This document shows, piece after piece, positions 25,835 to 40,445 of a stretch of DNA of 64,000 bases. The stretch is taken from NCBI GenBank assembly GCA_002633005.1, contig NMRA01000361.1, forward strand, positions 335,344-399,343, read 5' to 3'. Position 1 is the stretch's first letter; every line of letters starts with the position of its first letter. The stretch comes from Phoronis australis. Taxonomy: Eukaryota; Animalia; Phoronida. The notes beneath the pieces are model-generated. The model saw only the letters and a program-made list of their open reading frames with translations, ran no database searches and was not told the origin of the DNA. Made by a program: the position numbers and the translations under genes.

Positions 25835-26950
25835 GTAAGAATATGGAGATTCACCATGACTAAGGACATATTCTACTGCTAATACCAGTGCACATTTTTT
25901 TACCGCAACTAAGTGCAGAAGAGGTGAACGTGACATTCATTGTTACTTGGCAAAATGGAATTTCTCCAAGTTTGTACGCACGCTACATTATTCGTCTGAT
26001 CACAAACAACGTTTCATGTGTTAAAATGTTGAGGCTTGTTGACTATAGGTGAAATCAGACCAAAGATGGCACTGTGACAGCTGTTTTTAGAATTTTCGCT
26101 TTGCGGAGCTCTGGCTCTGCTGTTCTTTGAAGGATTCTTCTAAAGTTTGACATACAGATCTACATTTCAGTAAGGGCTTTTTGAGTATTGTCTGATTCTT
26201 GATACGACCTACGTTCTCAAATTATTCAATATTTTCCAACGACTGCTCTATTATTAATTGAGGTCTCATGTCGCAGCTCCAGCGTCCTTTGACTAATTTA
26301 TCTATAGTTTAATATGTGAGTATAGTCCTTACTAAGTGCTACAAAAAGTTTGCAGAAGGTTTCTCGCTCTGTCTTAACATTAGTTGAATTATCCGAGATT
26401 TACTGATGAAGAATACAGCGGTGTGTTCCTGAGGCTTCAACAGTCATACGTCTCAGGGCTCAAGAACAACATGAGTTCTCTGACCTCCTGATCACTCGCA
26501 TGACTAATCGACATGAAATTTACCAACAATACGTAACTTGTCAGTGATTCGATGGTTTTTTTCTTTTGGTCGAAATTGGTCTCTGGATGGCGCTTTGACA
26601 CCCTGTTTTATTTTGTTCACTTTGGGGAGCTCCAACTCTGCAGTCTTTTGAAAGATTCTTCTCGTAGATCTCGTGAACGACCATGACAAGATTCTCATAG
26701 CTTAACTTTCGAAAGTATGACTGATTGGAGACTGGATAGAATGTGATCACGTGTCTTGGATATTAAGTCACAAATCTAAAATTTGTATGTTTTATTCTGC
26801 TGAATTGCAAAACCAAATAAGTAGCAAAACATTTAGTTCCCGAATGATAGTTGACCAGCTAATCATCAAGCATTCAAGTGTACGGTCTGCTGCTGGTCAA
26901 AAGGTCATTTCGCTCCTTCAGCTAATATGACAATATTTATTACATTGCAG

Positions 26951-26994
26951 GTGATAGAGGTGTATAACATGTCAAAAGTTAAGTTGAAGTATTG
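26951..26994 (+). CDS. PHAF1: PHAF1 exon 4
   Basis: ttgcag acceptor; VIEVYNMSKVKLKY(C); gtaagt donor; 44 nt. Confidence 0.93.
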
Positions 26995-27836
26995 GTAAGT
27001 ATTTTGTTATATTAATAAGATGCAGAGGTGTCTTTAACAGAAATGAAACGAGAAAACTTTTCGAGGTTACATTCATTTTCTTGTATATACAATGTTGTAT
27101 GTTTTGCTTTTACTTCAGTCAAGCATCATTAGTGCTAATACTGAGTGTTCTCCACAATCTGTTTGAATTTTCCTGCGAGGAGTTTGGCTTACCTGTGTTG
27201 AGTTTGAAAATCAATGAGACAAGTTCGAAGTATTTGGAGATTTTGTCATTTCTTACGCAAATTAGGACATTTTGGACTTTTGGTACCAGTTTAGTGCATT
27301 AATTCCATGACTTAACATACAAATTCCCACAGTATGGACATGGACTACCAAACATGCACATGAATTTTGTAATTCCAGTCGAGTTTGAATTTTCTGTTGT
27401 GGAGAACACTGGTACAACCAAACAGTGATTCTTCAGCAAACTAACAGTACGTCACTTCACTAGTAAGACTCACACGAGCACATAAAGGGTACAGGTGTAC
27501 CCCTGTTGATGTAACATTATTGTTTANAAGAGTATTTAGCCTTTTAGTCATGAATCTACTGTGACTCTTTGATATTAAGTTTCAGTGATAAAGAATCAGA
27601 AGCCAGTATTTCACCATGAGTGTTGTAATCCATGTTGTGTTGACTCTGTGTGCCCAAAGAGGGCACTTGAATTGTGTGTAGCATGTTCATGGTTGGATGC
27701 ATTGTTTTAGTCTGCGGGTAGTAAGCCCACTGTTAAATTCATCATACTCAGAGGGGGAGGGGGGTACAGAGGGTGATTCTCGGTGGTCACTGAAATATGG
27801 TGTTGTTCTTGTCCTTGTTTAGTGCTGTTCAACTAA

Positions 27837-27944
<108 letters not shown>

Positions 27945-28186
27945 TGACTTCTGATCCACAGTTTTTACTGGACATAGTTGACAGTTACTGGCTACATGTC
28001 GGTGGCGTCTGCTTGTGGTGATGATTTCTGTCAGTATCTAATCTTGTACATTAGAAGACTACTCAAAATCTTTGCAAATGGCATTGAAATTTATAAAATA
28101 TGTCAACAGTTTCGCATCAGATTTGCAACATAACCAGAAAACATTACAAGTTACATATTATATAGCCATTGTTTATTTTGTTTCAG

Positions 28187-28266
28187 TGTATGACAAAGAA
28201 AAACAGGAGTTTGTATTGAACTTCAGGGGTCTGTCGTTTACATTCCCCATTGAGTCGAAATTTGAG
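28187..28266 (+). CDS. PHAF1: PHAF1 exon 6
   Basis: (V)YDKEKQEFVLNFRGLSFTFPIESKFE; tttcag acceptor and gtgagt donor. Confidence 0.95.
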
Positions 28267-28486
28267 GTGAGTAATTAGAAAAAAGTGAACATCAGTCACC
28301 TAGCCTTTAAAAAGCAGAATTTATTTCAAAGTTTCCAAAAATATGCCCCCTTTTCCAAGAATATACCCAGGCGTATATTTGATTTCATTTGATGTTTTTG
28401 AAAGATCGTTTTCCGAATATTCGAGCATGGGCTTGTTGTCGGAAATTCCCGGTAGTGTTTGAGCTCATATATTATTTTCTCATTAG

Positions 28487-28591
<105 letters not shown>

Positions 28592-29944
28592 TGAGTCTAC
28601 TCACAAAATACTGGATAGGATTCTGTTAAAGTGCTCTAGAACACAACGTTCTGTTTAGTTGTTTTTAAACAAAAGAATTAAAATTGTAGTATTGGTAGAC
28701 AGTGCTTGACAGCATAATAATTAGTCATTGTCGACATTATTGATGTTTGAAGCACATCTAGAACAGTGGCCTTAAATAAATTATCAGTCACCGTTGAATT
28801 CACTGCTATTTCTTTTAAGGAACTTTAATTCAGTGTCGTCTCCAGTAAGTAAGTAAATTTGTCCAAGCAAGTACGTCACTTTATTTTATTGGTAACTTGA
28901 ATTTCCTTTCTCCCTTACTAACTATTGCTAAGTTAGCTTGAAAGAGACTATTGATGCTTGCAGTAAGTCAGGCTCATCAAAAATCTAGAATAAGTATACT
29001 GGTGCTGGGCCGGTCACTTTTTTATCATCCATAAAAGGCTAAGGGAATTAAGTAATAGTAGACGCCATTCTACATTTCTGGGGAGATTTTGACCAAACTT
29101 TCAAAAAGAGTGCTTACGAAGTGCCATAATGCATATCAGAATTTACAATTCGACAATGTTCGCTAAATTTTGACCCGGCCTTGTTTTTCTTGCTTCCATG
29201 TAGGGAAATGTTCTTCTGTGTGTAACTCATCCTACATTTTATACAGGAGTTTGACCAAACGACCATATCCTATGACCTATTCACGCCAGAGAATGTATCT
29301 CATTTGGTATCCTCAAGTACGCTAAGACAATGACGTCTGCCATGTTTTTAGCGAGGTGAAACAAGTTCAATGTGAAACATTGAATAAGGAAGGACCAAAA
29401 AGTTTTAAAGCCTAATTTCAATGGAACTTTGTTATTTTAGGTCCACTGAGCTAACCGGATAGTCCTAGCAAAGCCCTAGCAAAATAAGAAAACTTGAGTT
29501 TAATCACTCAAATATAGACCAGTCAAATAATATGTGAAGTTGCCTTTCAATGCCATGTTGCATCACCGCATTCAAGATTCCAGCACAAACAACAAAAGGC
29601 CGAAAACAGTTGTATTGAATAGGGGTCTGAATAGAACACCATTGTATGTGGGTGTTATTCACAGCTGTTTGGATTAAAAGGTGATTCTGGCATTGACTTA
29701 GATAAAAGCAAACCAATACCCCTATGGCTCTATTGGGCTCAAAGTGATGCTCTTAACATGCTGTAGGAACCAAATTTACAGGTGTTACCATTCAAGATAG
29801 GCTTTAATAATTGTGACTGAGTTTATCTGCTTTTTATGTTGATTATTGCCATCAAAATGTAAAGCAAAGAGAACTTCTGTCATAACCTGTTGATTTGCTT
29901 GGTTTATTAAATTTCGTATTTTAAGACATTTGTTCATACTTCAG

Positions 29945-30057
29945 GGCTCCACCTTTGCCAATCACTTGTTTCCATGGTGACTGTTTTCTGGAGTCCTTGG
30001 AAGTTGTTCGTGATAACCAAGTAACCAAAGGTGTGAAGATGAGCATAGTTACCGAAG
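29945..30057 (+). CDS. PHAF1: PHAF1 exon 8
   Basis: APPLPITCFHGDCFLESLEVVRDNQVTKGVKMSIVTE; ttcag acceptor and gtaatt donor; phases fit both neighbours. Confidence 0.92.
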
Positions 30058-30292
30058 GTAATTTGGGCTGACACAATATTCATTGATTGTTGTTTTCTCT
30101 TTGTTTTGAATTTCCATTTCCAAAATTTAAAATTATCAAGAAGTATTGAATGTTTCAAGTTTTGGCAAAATATCCCTAAACACTAAGAGTGAATGATTTT
30201 TTTGATTGGTGGTTTCCTAAGCGGTTAAGTCACTACTTTGGTGTGATTTCTACTTCTGTAACAAATACAAATCACCATATGTCTCAAACCCA

Positions 30293-32002
30293 TTTTTATG
30301 CCATTGTCTATGTCTGTCCAGCATCTGCTGCCCTGGATGGATGTTCAAGAAAATTTTCAGCTATGTGCCTATCATGGATGGGATGGCATGAGCAAATTTA
30401 TGGACGGAACTGAAAACTGGTATGCCCCTAGTGGCAATTTTAGTTTTTTACGTTTCTGTATCTTCAAAAGTCCTAAACGGATTTTCATAAAATTTAGTAT
30501 ATAGGCACCTATTATTGATATGACACTGTCCTCTAGTTTTCAGATGGATTTGAAGTAGTTTGCGCTACCTAGTGGCCATTTTTATTGTTTTCGAGTCTGT
30601 TGTTTTGCGTCCACCCCTCTATCAACTAAACTGCTCAAAGGATGATTGTGAAAATTGGCATGCATGCTCTTACGATGACGATGATTTTCCAACAACTTCG
30701 ACTACTGTGGCGCTTTCTAGTGGCAGTTTTTTTTTTGCGCCTGTGGCTGTATCCCCTAAACCGTTCACAGGATCTTTACTAAATTTAGTAAGAATTTAAA
30801 TGATGTTAACAACGGAGGACAACAACTTTCAGACGGATCTGACTACTGGTGTGCCACCTAGTGGCAGTTTTATTCTCTGTATGTTCAAAGGTCCTCAAGG
30901 TATTTTCGTAAATTATGGCATACAGGCATCTGTTAATGAGATGACGCTGTCTCCATTTTCAGATGGATTCGACCTAGTGCGCGCCACCTAGTGGCCATTT
31001 TTATTGTTTTCGAGTCTCTTTTTTGGCGTCCACTCCTTTATCATCCAAACCGCTTTCAGGATAATTGTGAAAATTTGCATGTATGTTTTTACTATGAAGT
31101 GGATGGCTGACAACGATTTTCTGATTTTCTGATGAATTCGACTACTGTGGCGCCTCCTAGTGATAGTTTTGTTTTGTTTTGCGCCCATAGCTGTATCTCC
31201 AAAACCCACTGCAGGATCTTTATTAAATTTAGTAAGTGAATTTATATGAAGATAACAGATGACGACTTTCAGGCGGATGGAACAGACGCTGTGTCCACAA
31301 GTGACAATTTCATTTTGTTCTGTTTTCCTTTGTTTCTCTGAAGTTCCTTGACAGATTTTTATGAAATATGGCATGCTCCTGTTTTTGGATGGATTGTACA
31401 TTTTTGCACCATGTGGTGGCCATTTTTATGATACAAATAAATAACCCCAAAAGCACACCATTTGTGATGCATTTGTGGGTGCATTTCAATGCTCCGCGTT
31501 GCACTTGGTTTTGCCTGTGGCTCAGTATTGATTCCTCGATGGATCTTCTTGAAATTTGGCACCTGTTTCTGTGGAGGAGAGTACTGCTGACTTGGATTTT
31601 AGGTTATTCAAATCTGTTTTTCTTTGCGTTTGCCTTGTTATGTACCACTTTCCTTGATGAAAGTTCATGAAATTTGGCAAATAAGTCACTGTCACATAGA
31701 CGACAGCCCCTACTCTGTTTCACATGGATTTGGCAAGTGTTATGCCCCCTAGTGGTCATTGTGCTGTTTTTGTGTCCTTTGTTGTTGGCCTCTTTATCTT
31801 CTAAACGTCTTGAAGAGGCGCGATGAAAGGTGGCCTTGTTGAGGAGAGCATCTCTGACTTGCTTCCACCCCCTAGAGGCTGCTAAGTTTCCTAGCATTGC
31901 TCCATTTAGTACGAATATTTAAAGGTAACGATCATCACTTGTGTCTGCACTGTATGCGATGTACACAGCGGGTGCATATTGACGATCTGCATTGCTCTTG
32001 TT
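30293..32002. mobile_element. Helentron/HINE-like non-autonomous element(s) with internal satellite array (PHAF1 intron 8)
   Basis: Units of ~140 bp built around CTAGTGGC, in a three-unit higher-order repeat. 3' end TGGGTGCAT-TT-CAATGCTCCGCGTTG-CACTTG at ~31476-31508; a second similar terminus GGGTGCAT...GCATTGCTCTTGTT at ~31970-32002. Homologous to 36305-37510. Confidence 0.7.
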
Positions 32003-32159
32003 ATTGTTTATTATTGCATGGAAAATGCGTGGTTGAGGTATTTGTATTTTTTGTTATTAAATAATGTAAATGTAACCTGTTTGTACCAGATGGTCACTAG
32101 TGCCTATAATATGTCTTATGCCTTTTGAGATAAACTAGACTATGACAAACTGTTTTCAG

Positions 32160-32227
32160 AAAAGGGACCTGGGTCAGACAAGAGGAGGACGGTAGAGAGA
32201 ATAGTGAAATTTGGTGACACCTGTCAG
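32160..32227 (+). CDS. PHAF1: PHAF1 exon 9
   Basis: (E)KGPGSDKRRTVERIVKFGDTCQ, matching the family FGDSCQ motif; ttttcag acceptor and gtaatg donor. Confidence 0.9.
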
Positions 32228-32750
32228 GTAATGTGATGCACTTGTCAGGTATTGTGATACACCTCTCAGGTAGTGCGATAAATGTATGCTGGCAGAGGGG
32301 GTTTGTGGAGTGGAGTTTGTAACTTCCTGAAACCACCATGTGGCATAGTAGCTATAGTTCATTGTTTGCACTGTCTCTTCTGTAGACCTTGGCGCTGATT
32401 GCTAAAACATTGGATTTCACAGTGAAACGGGTAGCAGGGATTCCCAAGAATATGTCCTTTTGCAGATATTTGGAAAACAACCTTTCAAAAATGTCAGATG
32501 AAGCTGAATAAATGGTCAGGTGTATATTTAGAAAGGGTTTTTTTAGAAATTGTCGTAACATTTTATGATGCCGTGTTTTAGCGAATACTTATCATTATTC
32601 ACTCAGAATGAACTCGAGTTATTCGAAAAATGAAACGGCGTGATGTTTAAACAATTTTCTCACCAGACGGACTCCTACCCAAATGTACTAGTTTCCTTAT
32701 GGTGCAAGGTTGAGTATTTTTGTCTAATCTGTCCTGTAAGCGATGTTTGA

Positions 32751-33023
<273 letters not shown>

Positions 33024-33480
33024 TGAAATCGTATTTACATATTTGTTGCTAATTGGTACAGCTATACAGTTATACAGTTATACAGTTAACATGATGCTTG
33101 AAAAGGCTAGATGTTGTCAAATTTGGTGAAGGCCAAAATCAAAAACCTTCAAGATTGAATGAATTAAAATCAATGTGAGCAATTTATGAACTTCATGCAG
33201 TGCGTTCTTTTATTATGTGTTACTAGTGGTGCCATCCGGCTCTATTAAGAACAGAGCAAAGTGTTCCACCTCACAATATGAACTACTAAAACAATGATTT
33301 TCAAAGATGGCCATGTAAGTGGCTTGAACAGTGTTTGTCACAACTGTTCCTAATTGTATATTTGTACCATTCATTACCACTGCAGTTGTCGCTCCATTGG
33401 GATTGCCTACATCACAAGTGTTTAACTATGAATTATAGGTGCCAAAACTTAGTCTAAACAATGTAATCTTGATCTGTTTT

Positions 33481-33560
33481 GGTGTGCCCTGTACATGGTG
33501 TGCCCTGTACATGGTGTGCCCTGTACATGGTGTGCCCTGTACATGGTGTGCCCTGTACAT
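33481..33560. repeat. 16-bp minisatellite x5, followed by a CA-rich low-complexity tract to ~33780
   Basis: (GGTGTGCCCTGTACAT)5, exact copies. Confidence 0.95.
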
Positions 33561-34108
33561 TGTGCTAACACACTCTCCCATGCGCCTACATACACATGCA
33601 CCCACCTTCACGCGAACTGCCTTCACCTACTTTCACCTACATGTGCGCCCATGTGCACAAGCACTCGCGTACACACGTACCCACTTACATGCACAACTAC
33701 CTACACACGCGCCCACGCACACATGCAACCACTTACACACGCAACCACATACGCACCCACCCTCAGACACATGCACATGTACGTCTGAACTATGTGTTGT
33801 TGTCTCACGAAATATTGAAACTTTGGGAACTATTATGCTCTGCTACTTGCACAAGAAGTGTATTTAAGAAGTGATTTTGCTCACAAATTACTTTGTAACT
33901 GCATTATCCTGTATTGCATTTAGTTTACTAGTTCGACACTTGGGGTCTCTGCTGTTAGTCTAGCTAAAGATGTTGGGTGATAAAAACACAGTTGCTGTAT
34001 GACCTCGTGATAAGTGTTCTCTCTGGTTTTGTTCACCAGGTTACCACAGTAACCCATTAACCAGAGTTTATAATGTTTCAGTACATAACAAGAACCATCC
34101 CGTGTTAG

Positions 34109-34246
<138 letters not shown>

Positions 34247-34504
34247 TAAGTTTTGCTTATGAATTTAAGTTTTCTAATGAGCAGTGAATTTATGTTTTCA
34301 AATGAGTAATCGAAAGATGTTGGGAATGAATTTTATTGTTGGATGTGACTTTTTCTGATCACTATATTAAGTACATAGTGTGTGATAGCTCTTAAAAACT
34401 TATGAATTACGTTATTCACCTTGTTCTTCCATTCATTATGTCTGTAACATCAAAAGACTTTGTGTTCAGATGTGTTTTTTCTATAAGACAAATAGAACAT
34501 CTGA

Positions 34505-34843
34505 TCAGACACTGCATTGCTGATAACAGTGATTGGAGCTCGTCAGAGGAACATTAATATGTGAGCCTCTGTCAGAACTTAGATGTTCCTTGGTGCGGGA
34601 TTTCAAATGGCGAACGGTTTCTCCTTTATAACTGGAGCCACACCCAGCACAGATAAATTTGTACACTACCCTGAACCGTAGACCCATAGGAATTTTGTTC
34701 TTATGGTTGAATAAATTAGACAGTTTTAGAGACTTGAATTTTAATATAACTCTTAAGTTAACACAGTAATAATTCACCAATTTGTTGAGTTTTCGTTGAG
34801 CCAAGATTGCTAAACGAAAACAGACTTTTCCATTTGTTGCCAT
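34505..34843 (-). mobile_element. Penelope-like retroelement fragment (GIY-YIG endonuclease remnant) in PHAF1 intron 11
   Basis: VVYKFICAGCGSSYKGETVRHLKSRTKEH matches the VVY-x-C-x2-C-x3-YIGET-x-R-x-L-x2-R-x2-EH signature of Penelope endonucleases; degenerate. Confidence 0.85.
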
Positions 34844-35008
34844 GCACAGTATGTTCTAGCATGTGACAATGCAATGCATTGCTCATTCTTTAGGAAACCT
34901 GATAATACCAAACAGTCATCTAAAAGTGTTTCAACATCAGTACCATCCTTAGGAGACATCTCTCTCTTGTGATCACTATTCTAGGTAGCCATACCTTTGA
35001 CTTTTCAG

Positions 35009-35120
35009 ATATTGTCGGTGTGACTTCAGGATCCCAGTGTGTATTGACAAAACCAATGAGGCTGCCGGGGGGTGCTCTGATCATACTGATGAGGAGTTGT
35101 GTATCACAGCCACCACTAAG
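35009..35120 (+). CDS. PHAF1: PHAF1 exon 12
   Basis: YCRCDFRIPVCIDKTNEAAGGCSDHTDEELCITATTK; ttttcag acceptor and gtacaa donor. Confidence 0.92.
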
Positions 35121-35427
35121 GTACAATGATCCTTGAGGTCGACCAGTGTTCTACCAATGCGGGTTTTTGTATTAACGGTCTGCCAGCCTGCAGTGTAGTC
35201 TTTGACTTTTGGAAAAAAATAACGTTTTACTAACTCAGTTTTGAATTTTTTAGAAAATCAAGACACAGTAAAATGTCTGCCTTGCAATAGGAAGTAGCAT
35301 TATTTATGATAAAATAAGAAAATATAACATTACAAAACAGAAATTTACTGAAAACTACATGTAACAATGTTTTATCTTACCTCAGGAAAGTCCATCACTT
35401 AATCATCTCACTGTTTCTCTTGCCTAG

Positions 35428-35643
<216 letters not shown>

Positions 35644-36304
35644 TGAAGATTGTTAGCCTGGTCTTAGTAAATTATGCATGCAGCTCTCCTTTAGCTCCGT
35701 CATTGGTTTATTGCAACATCTTTGTTTATGTGTTGTTTAGACCATGTTTGATCTATAGTCAGTGTTGTGTTTGCTTTGTGAAATGGATTTTATAAACACT
35801 ATGCAAGAAACTGGAGTAAGTTTGTGGCTTCAGGAATATTGGATGCAAGATTAAGTACGTCTTAAGTGCAATTATGAAAAAGAAGTTATTTCTTTAAAGT
35901 GGCTAAAGACTAGTTCAAAGTTACACAGAGATCTAGTGAAGGAACTACTATAAAGGATAGACAAAATACAGTTTTCCTATCATGATGGCGCTGGCAAAAC
36001 TATGATTGGAAAAACTTTCTAATATCTAAGTCACCTTACTGACGTTCTTGTAATGTCACGTTTAGTCTCGGTCACAAAGGAAGACCACTCTGATGGTGAA
36101 TTCGGTTTCCGCACAGCCACCGTGATGGGGAATTCTGGATCGTTTTTGTGAATACTTTTGGCGTATACTGTAATTACTGAGCACAAATATGAGCCACAAT
36201 TGCATGATAATAAAGTAACAGATACTAGGAGAAGTCTAGTACAGTCTTTTGTACGCTTCTTTTTTGTTTATTAATATAAGCATACTTCACCTGTACAAGT
36301 GCAA

Positions 36305-37510
36305 TTTTTATGCGCCCAACTGCGCTGCTCTAAATCCAAAACCAATTGAGGTATGTTCATGAAATTTTGCACATGTATTCCTTTCATAAATGGGACAGCA
36401 TGAGCGAACTTTCGAACGAATCCGACTACTGGTGTGCCCCCTAGTGGCAATTTAATTTTTTTTCGCTTACCTTTGTATCTTCAAAAGTCCTTAACATATT
36501 TTCATGAAATTTGGTATTTAGGCACCTATTAGTGAGACGATGCTATCCTCTCGTTTTCGGATGGATTAGACGTAGTTTGCGCCACGTAGTGGCCATTTTT
36601 ACTGTTTTCGAGTCTGTTTCTTTGCGTCCACCCCTATGTCAACCAAACTGCTCAAAGGATGATTGTGAAAATTGGCATGTATGTTCTTACTATGAGGTGG
36701 ACGGCTGACGACGATTTTCCGACGACTTCGACTACTGTGGCGCCTCCTAAAGGCAGTTTTTTTTTGCGCCTATGGCTGTATCTCCTAAACCGTTAGCAGG
36801 AACTTTACTTAATTTAGCAAGTGTATTTATATGTTGTTGACTACGGATGACGACGACTTTCGTACAGATCTGACTACTGCTGTGCCCCCAAGTGGCAATT
36901 TTAGTTTTTTATGTTTAACTCTGTATCTTCAAAGGTCCTCAACAGATTTTCATAAAAATTTAAATATAGGCATCTATTGGTGTGATGACGCTATCTGCCT
37001 GCTTTTGGATGGAATCGAGGTATTTTGTACCACCTAGTGGCCATTTTTGCTGTTTTCAAATCTATCTTGCTTTTGGCGTCCACCCCTGTATCAACCAAAT
37101 CATTTGAAAATTGGCATATATGTTCTCAGTGTGAAGACGACCTTTGATGATAGTGACTGACTACTGTGGCGCCTCCTAGTGGTACTTTTGTTTTGCGCCC
37201 ATAGTTGTATCTCCTAAACCCACTGCAGGATCTTTACTAAATTTAGTGAGTATATTTATATGAAGATAGCAACAGACGACGACGACGACTTTCAGGCGGA
37301 TCCAACGGACACTGTGCTCACTAGTGGCAATTTCATTTTATTCTGTTTTCAACAGATTTTTATGAAATATGGCATGTTCCTGTTTTTGGATGGATTGTAT
37401 GTTTTTGCGCCATCTAGTGGCTATTTTTATGATACAAATAAATAACCCTAAAAGTACACCATTTGCAATGCATTCCTGGGCGCATTTCAATGCTCCGCAT
37501 TGCTCTTGTC
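36305..37510. mobile_element. Helentron/HINE-like element with internal satellite array (PHAF1 intron 13)
   Basis: 5' TTTTTATGCGCCCA and 3' TGGGCGCAT subterminal inverted repeats, followed by hairpin CAATGC-TCC-GCATTG and CTCTTGT; eight internal CTAGTGGC-type units. Confidence 0.78.
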
Positions 37511-37976
37511 AATTTTCTCAACAGAATAAATGTTAAAATGTTCTTTTTGCTAAGTTGATACAATACGGCCATCTTATAACAATACCTAACTTTTTGTTAA
37601 ATAACTCAGAGATATCTATCTTAAAAATTTTCCAATTTGAGTCAAAAATAATGGCTAAAGTTGCTTTATTTCTAATTTTCAGAGGTTTACCACATTGTTG
37701 CAAATGCTAAAATTTTAGGAAATTTTGTTTGTTAGTAGCTTCACCGTACAAACCATGGTCAAAGGAACGTCAATTTTCCTGAAAAGTTATTTTTGCTGAG
37801 AAATTTGACTTAATGCAATTTCATCTGTCGACCAGATTGTGTTCCAAACTGATGAACTTTTACTGTACTCCAGATGGAGAGCAAAAGTTGTTATAGTACC
37901 TTTTACAGTTGTTCGTTTAAATTAGATAATGTGTAGATCACTATCTTGGGACCTTACTACATTGTTTCGTTATCAG

Positions 37977-38051
37977 GTGATGCACAACCACCATATTGCC
38001 TCAGTAACACTATATGCAACCAGCACGCCCCCTGTCAAGGAGTCTTCATGA
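37977..38051 (+). CDS. PHAF1: PHAF1 terminal coding exon 14
   Basis: VMHNHHIASVTLYATSTPPVKESS*, containing the conserved HIASVTLY motif; TGA at 38049-38051. Confidence 0.94.
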   Translation: MMHNHHIASVTLYATSTPPVKESS

Positions 38052-39864
38052 CGCATTTGGGCTCACCGTGGATGATGTAATGTGGCACATGGCAGGCGCA
38101 TGTCAAGGAGTACTGTACGGATGACGCTTTGCACCAAATGTTATGGTTTTATTTGTTTTTGACAAGTATATTCTCCAACTTCTCTTGCCTGAAGTTGATG
38201 AAGGGGTTCCTGTTTGTAAAAGGTGCTAAGTACAGTTACAAATTGTAGGTAATGGTCCGATATAATGTGCCGGAATTTTGAGAACCAGTTTTTCTCCACT
38301 GAATAACAGGCATCAAACTGGTTCTCAAGAGACAGGCACGTTATATCAGACTATTGCCCAGATTGTAGGCTCTGCATTTCTAATGTCAGACTAACTTGAT
38401 AGGTGTCAGATATTACCAAAATAATTGACGTTAAAAAACTGTTTGGACCTCTTGCTCTCAAACTTTGTCGACTAATGGTGGCATTATGATCACGTGAAGG
38501 TGTGCTGTGTGGATTGGGTGTTCTTTTTTCTTCTCGATAATTTTCATTTTGTAAACAGTCACACTTGTGCTCAAGCATTTCAGAGAAAAATGCAGAAAGT
38601 TCAAAATTATGTTGTAGACTTGGCATTGATGTCTTTTTAATAGTATTTAATATAAAGATGTGACCATGTTGTGTTTGAAACTAAATTACATTGTGTATAA
38701 TTGTCCATTGTCATTAGGTATAGGTGGTGCTTACATGGTAGTGATAATCGCGTAAGGTGATAAAACAAGCAACCTCGGGACTCAAACGGGCAATACTGTC
38801 CAGTGGTATTTTTCAATTGTCTATTGCAATCATGTTGTAGAAGGGGACATTACTCATGGACTTTGTGTTACAGTGTTTTGTCGTACTTGCCAAAGAGGTT
38901 GTATTTTGTATTTTCCCTGCTCTCTGCATAGGTCCTTTGTGTTGAAAGGGAAGAAGAATTGAGGGAACTTATCAAGATGTTGATAACATTCTTTATTGAG
39001 CCATGTATTGTAATTTTGGGGTTTGACTAGTCTTATTCGATGTTGAGCTGCAAGATGGCCATATTTTCCCCATTTCCTATGATGTCATCACTGTGTTGTA
39101 GTAATGGAGGGTGAGCAGCAAGATAATAGCTTTTTTTACCCATTTCATGTAACATCATCACTCTTAACACCTTTCATAGTCGGCAATCTGCGTTAAGTCT
39201 TGGAATACCTCCTGTGGGTTCCCTGTTAGAATTTTGATTAGGAATTGAGGCAAAAATGGCCTGTTTGCTGGTTGTCTTGAAGTTATAGTGCATTTGTGGG
39301 CCATCGGTTTGGTCAGTAACAATAGCTGTCTATGTACAGTTAGGTATTTATTTTCATATTGACTGTATGAACGCCTGATTTGTTAATGTTGTTCTCTGAT
39401 CTTAATTATTTGTGTCAACACCTCCGAGAATGTTGAAATATTTGCAGCATCTGAACTGGGACTACCTTGTTTGACACTATGATACCAGTGGTGTTCAAGA
39501 GTTACAGGTGCTGACAGCTCCACAATTAAGGTAGAAATCCAGGGTGGATTAATATTCTAGCCATATTGTAAATGTTGTGGGTAATCAGCTGTGAGTCAGT
39601 GTAGATCCAGACTCAATGTCTGATCTGCGACTTCATTTGGAGCTCTGGCCCATACTGTTTTTGTGCCTGGCCATAGAGTTTGGTCGGAGTATATATGAAC
39701 CCACGCACCCAGTTGTTTCTTCCTCTAAACTTGATACCTTAACTGATTTATGTATGTTTTTAGGAGATTTTTGTTGCTGACTTGCAGATATGAGGCAGAT
39801 TCAGTTTTCATAAGAAGTGCAGTGTTATTGTGAACTATTGTAATGTTCAATAAGTTTATTGCAT

Positions 39865-39870
39865 AATAAA
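39865..39870 (+). other. Candidate PHAF1 polyadenylation signal (alternative at 40352-40357)
   Basis: AATAAA followed ~30 nt later by a T/GT-rich tract; ~1.8 kb downstream of the stop codon. Confidence 0.4.
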
Positions 39871-40445
39871 GCCCAAAGTGTTAATTAATTTTTCAATTTC
39901 TGTGTATTTTTGATTATGATAAGATGTTCCACTTTTTAAAGAGGAACAGGACATGCATTCTTTGTCTTTGTTGAGCAATTACTCATAGTAAATAGACAGA
40001 ACTGTGTCTGTGGTCTTGTACATAATTACATTCTTGATGTATGGGTAGGTCGTTTAGACACAACCTTTGACTTGGGTTATGCAAGATGCAAATATTGACC
40101 ATGTACCATTGCGACCTGTTTGTAAACCGGTCGGCACTTTGTTGCTTGTATTCCGGCAGGGATGTTGTGTGGACTGTTGGCCGTGGTGTAGGTGATTGTC
40201 ACATATTTGAGTGATCTCATCGTTTTTTTGTTCTTATTCCATCGGGTACTATGTCTATTTATGTTCGGAGTTTCATTTAACTGTCTCGTGTCCATTGATC
40301 TGATGACATCATTGACATAAATGGTCATTTCTATTTAATCATGATGTATGAAATAAATATGTTATTATATCGTTTGATTTGTAATACACGAATGATTATC
40401 GCTTGTTCTGGTACTGTGGTACATAAGGCAAGCGCCTTTATACTA

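Noticed and set aside
30189-31897. Dense cluster of 60-137 aa ORFs on both strands
   Set aside because: All fall inside the non-coding HINE-like repeat, and the frames are not preserved between homologous copies.
33426-33874. Overlapping Cys/His/Thr-rich ORFs up to 142 aa
   Set aside because: They are produced by the 16-bp minisatellite and the CA-rich low-complexity tract.
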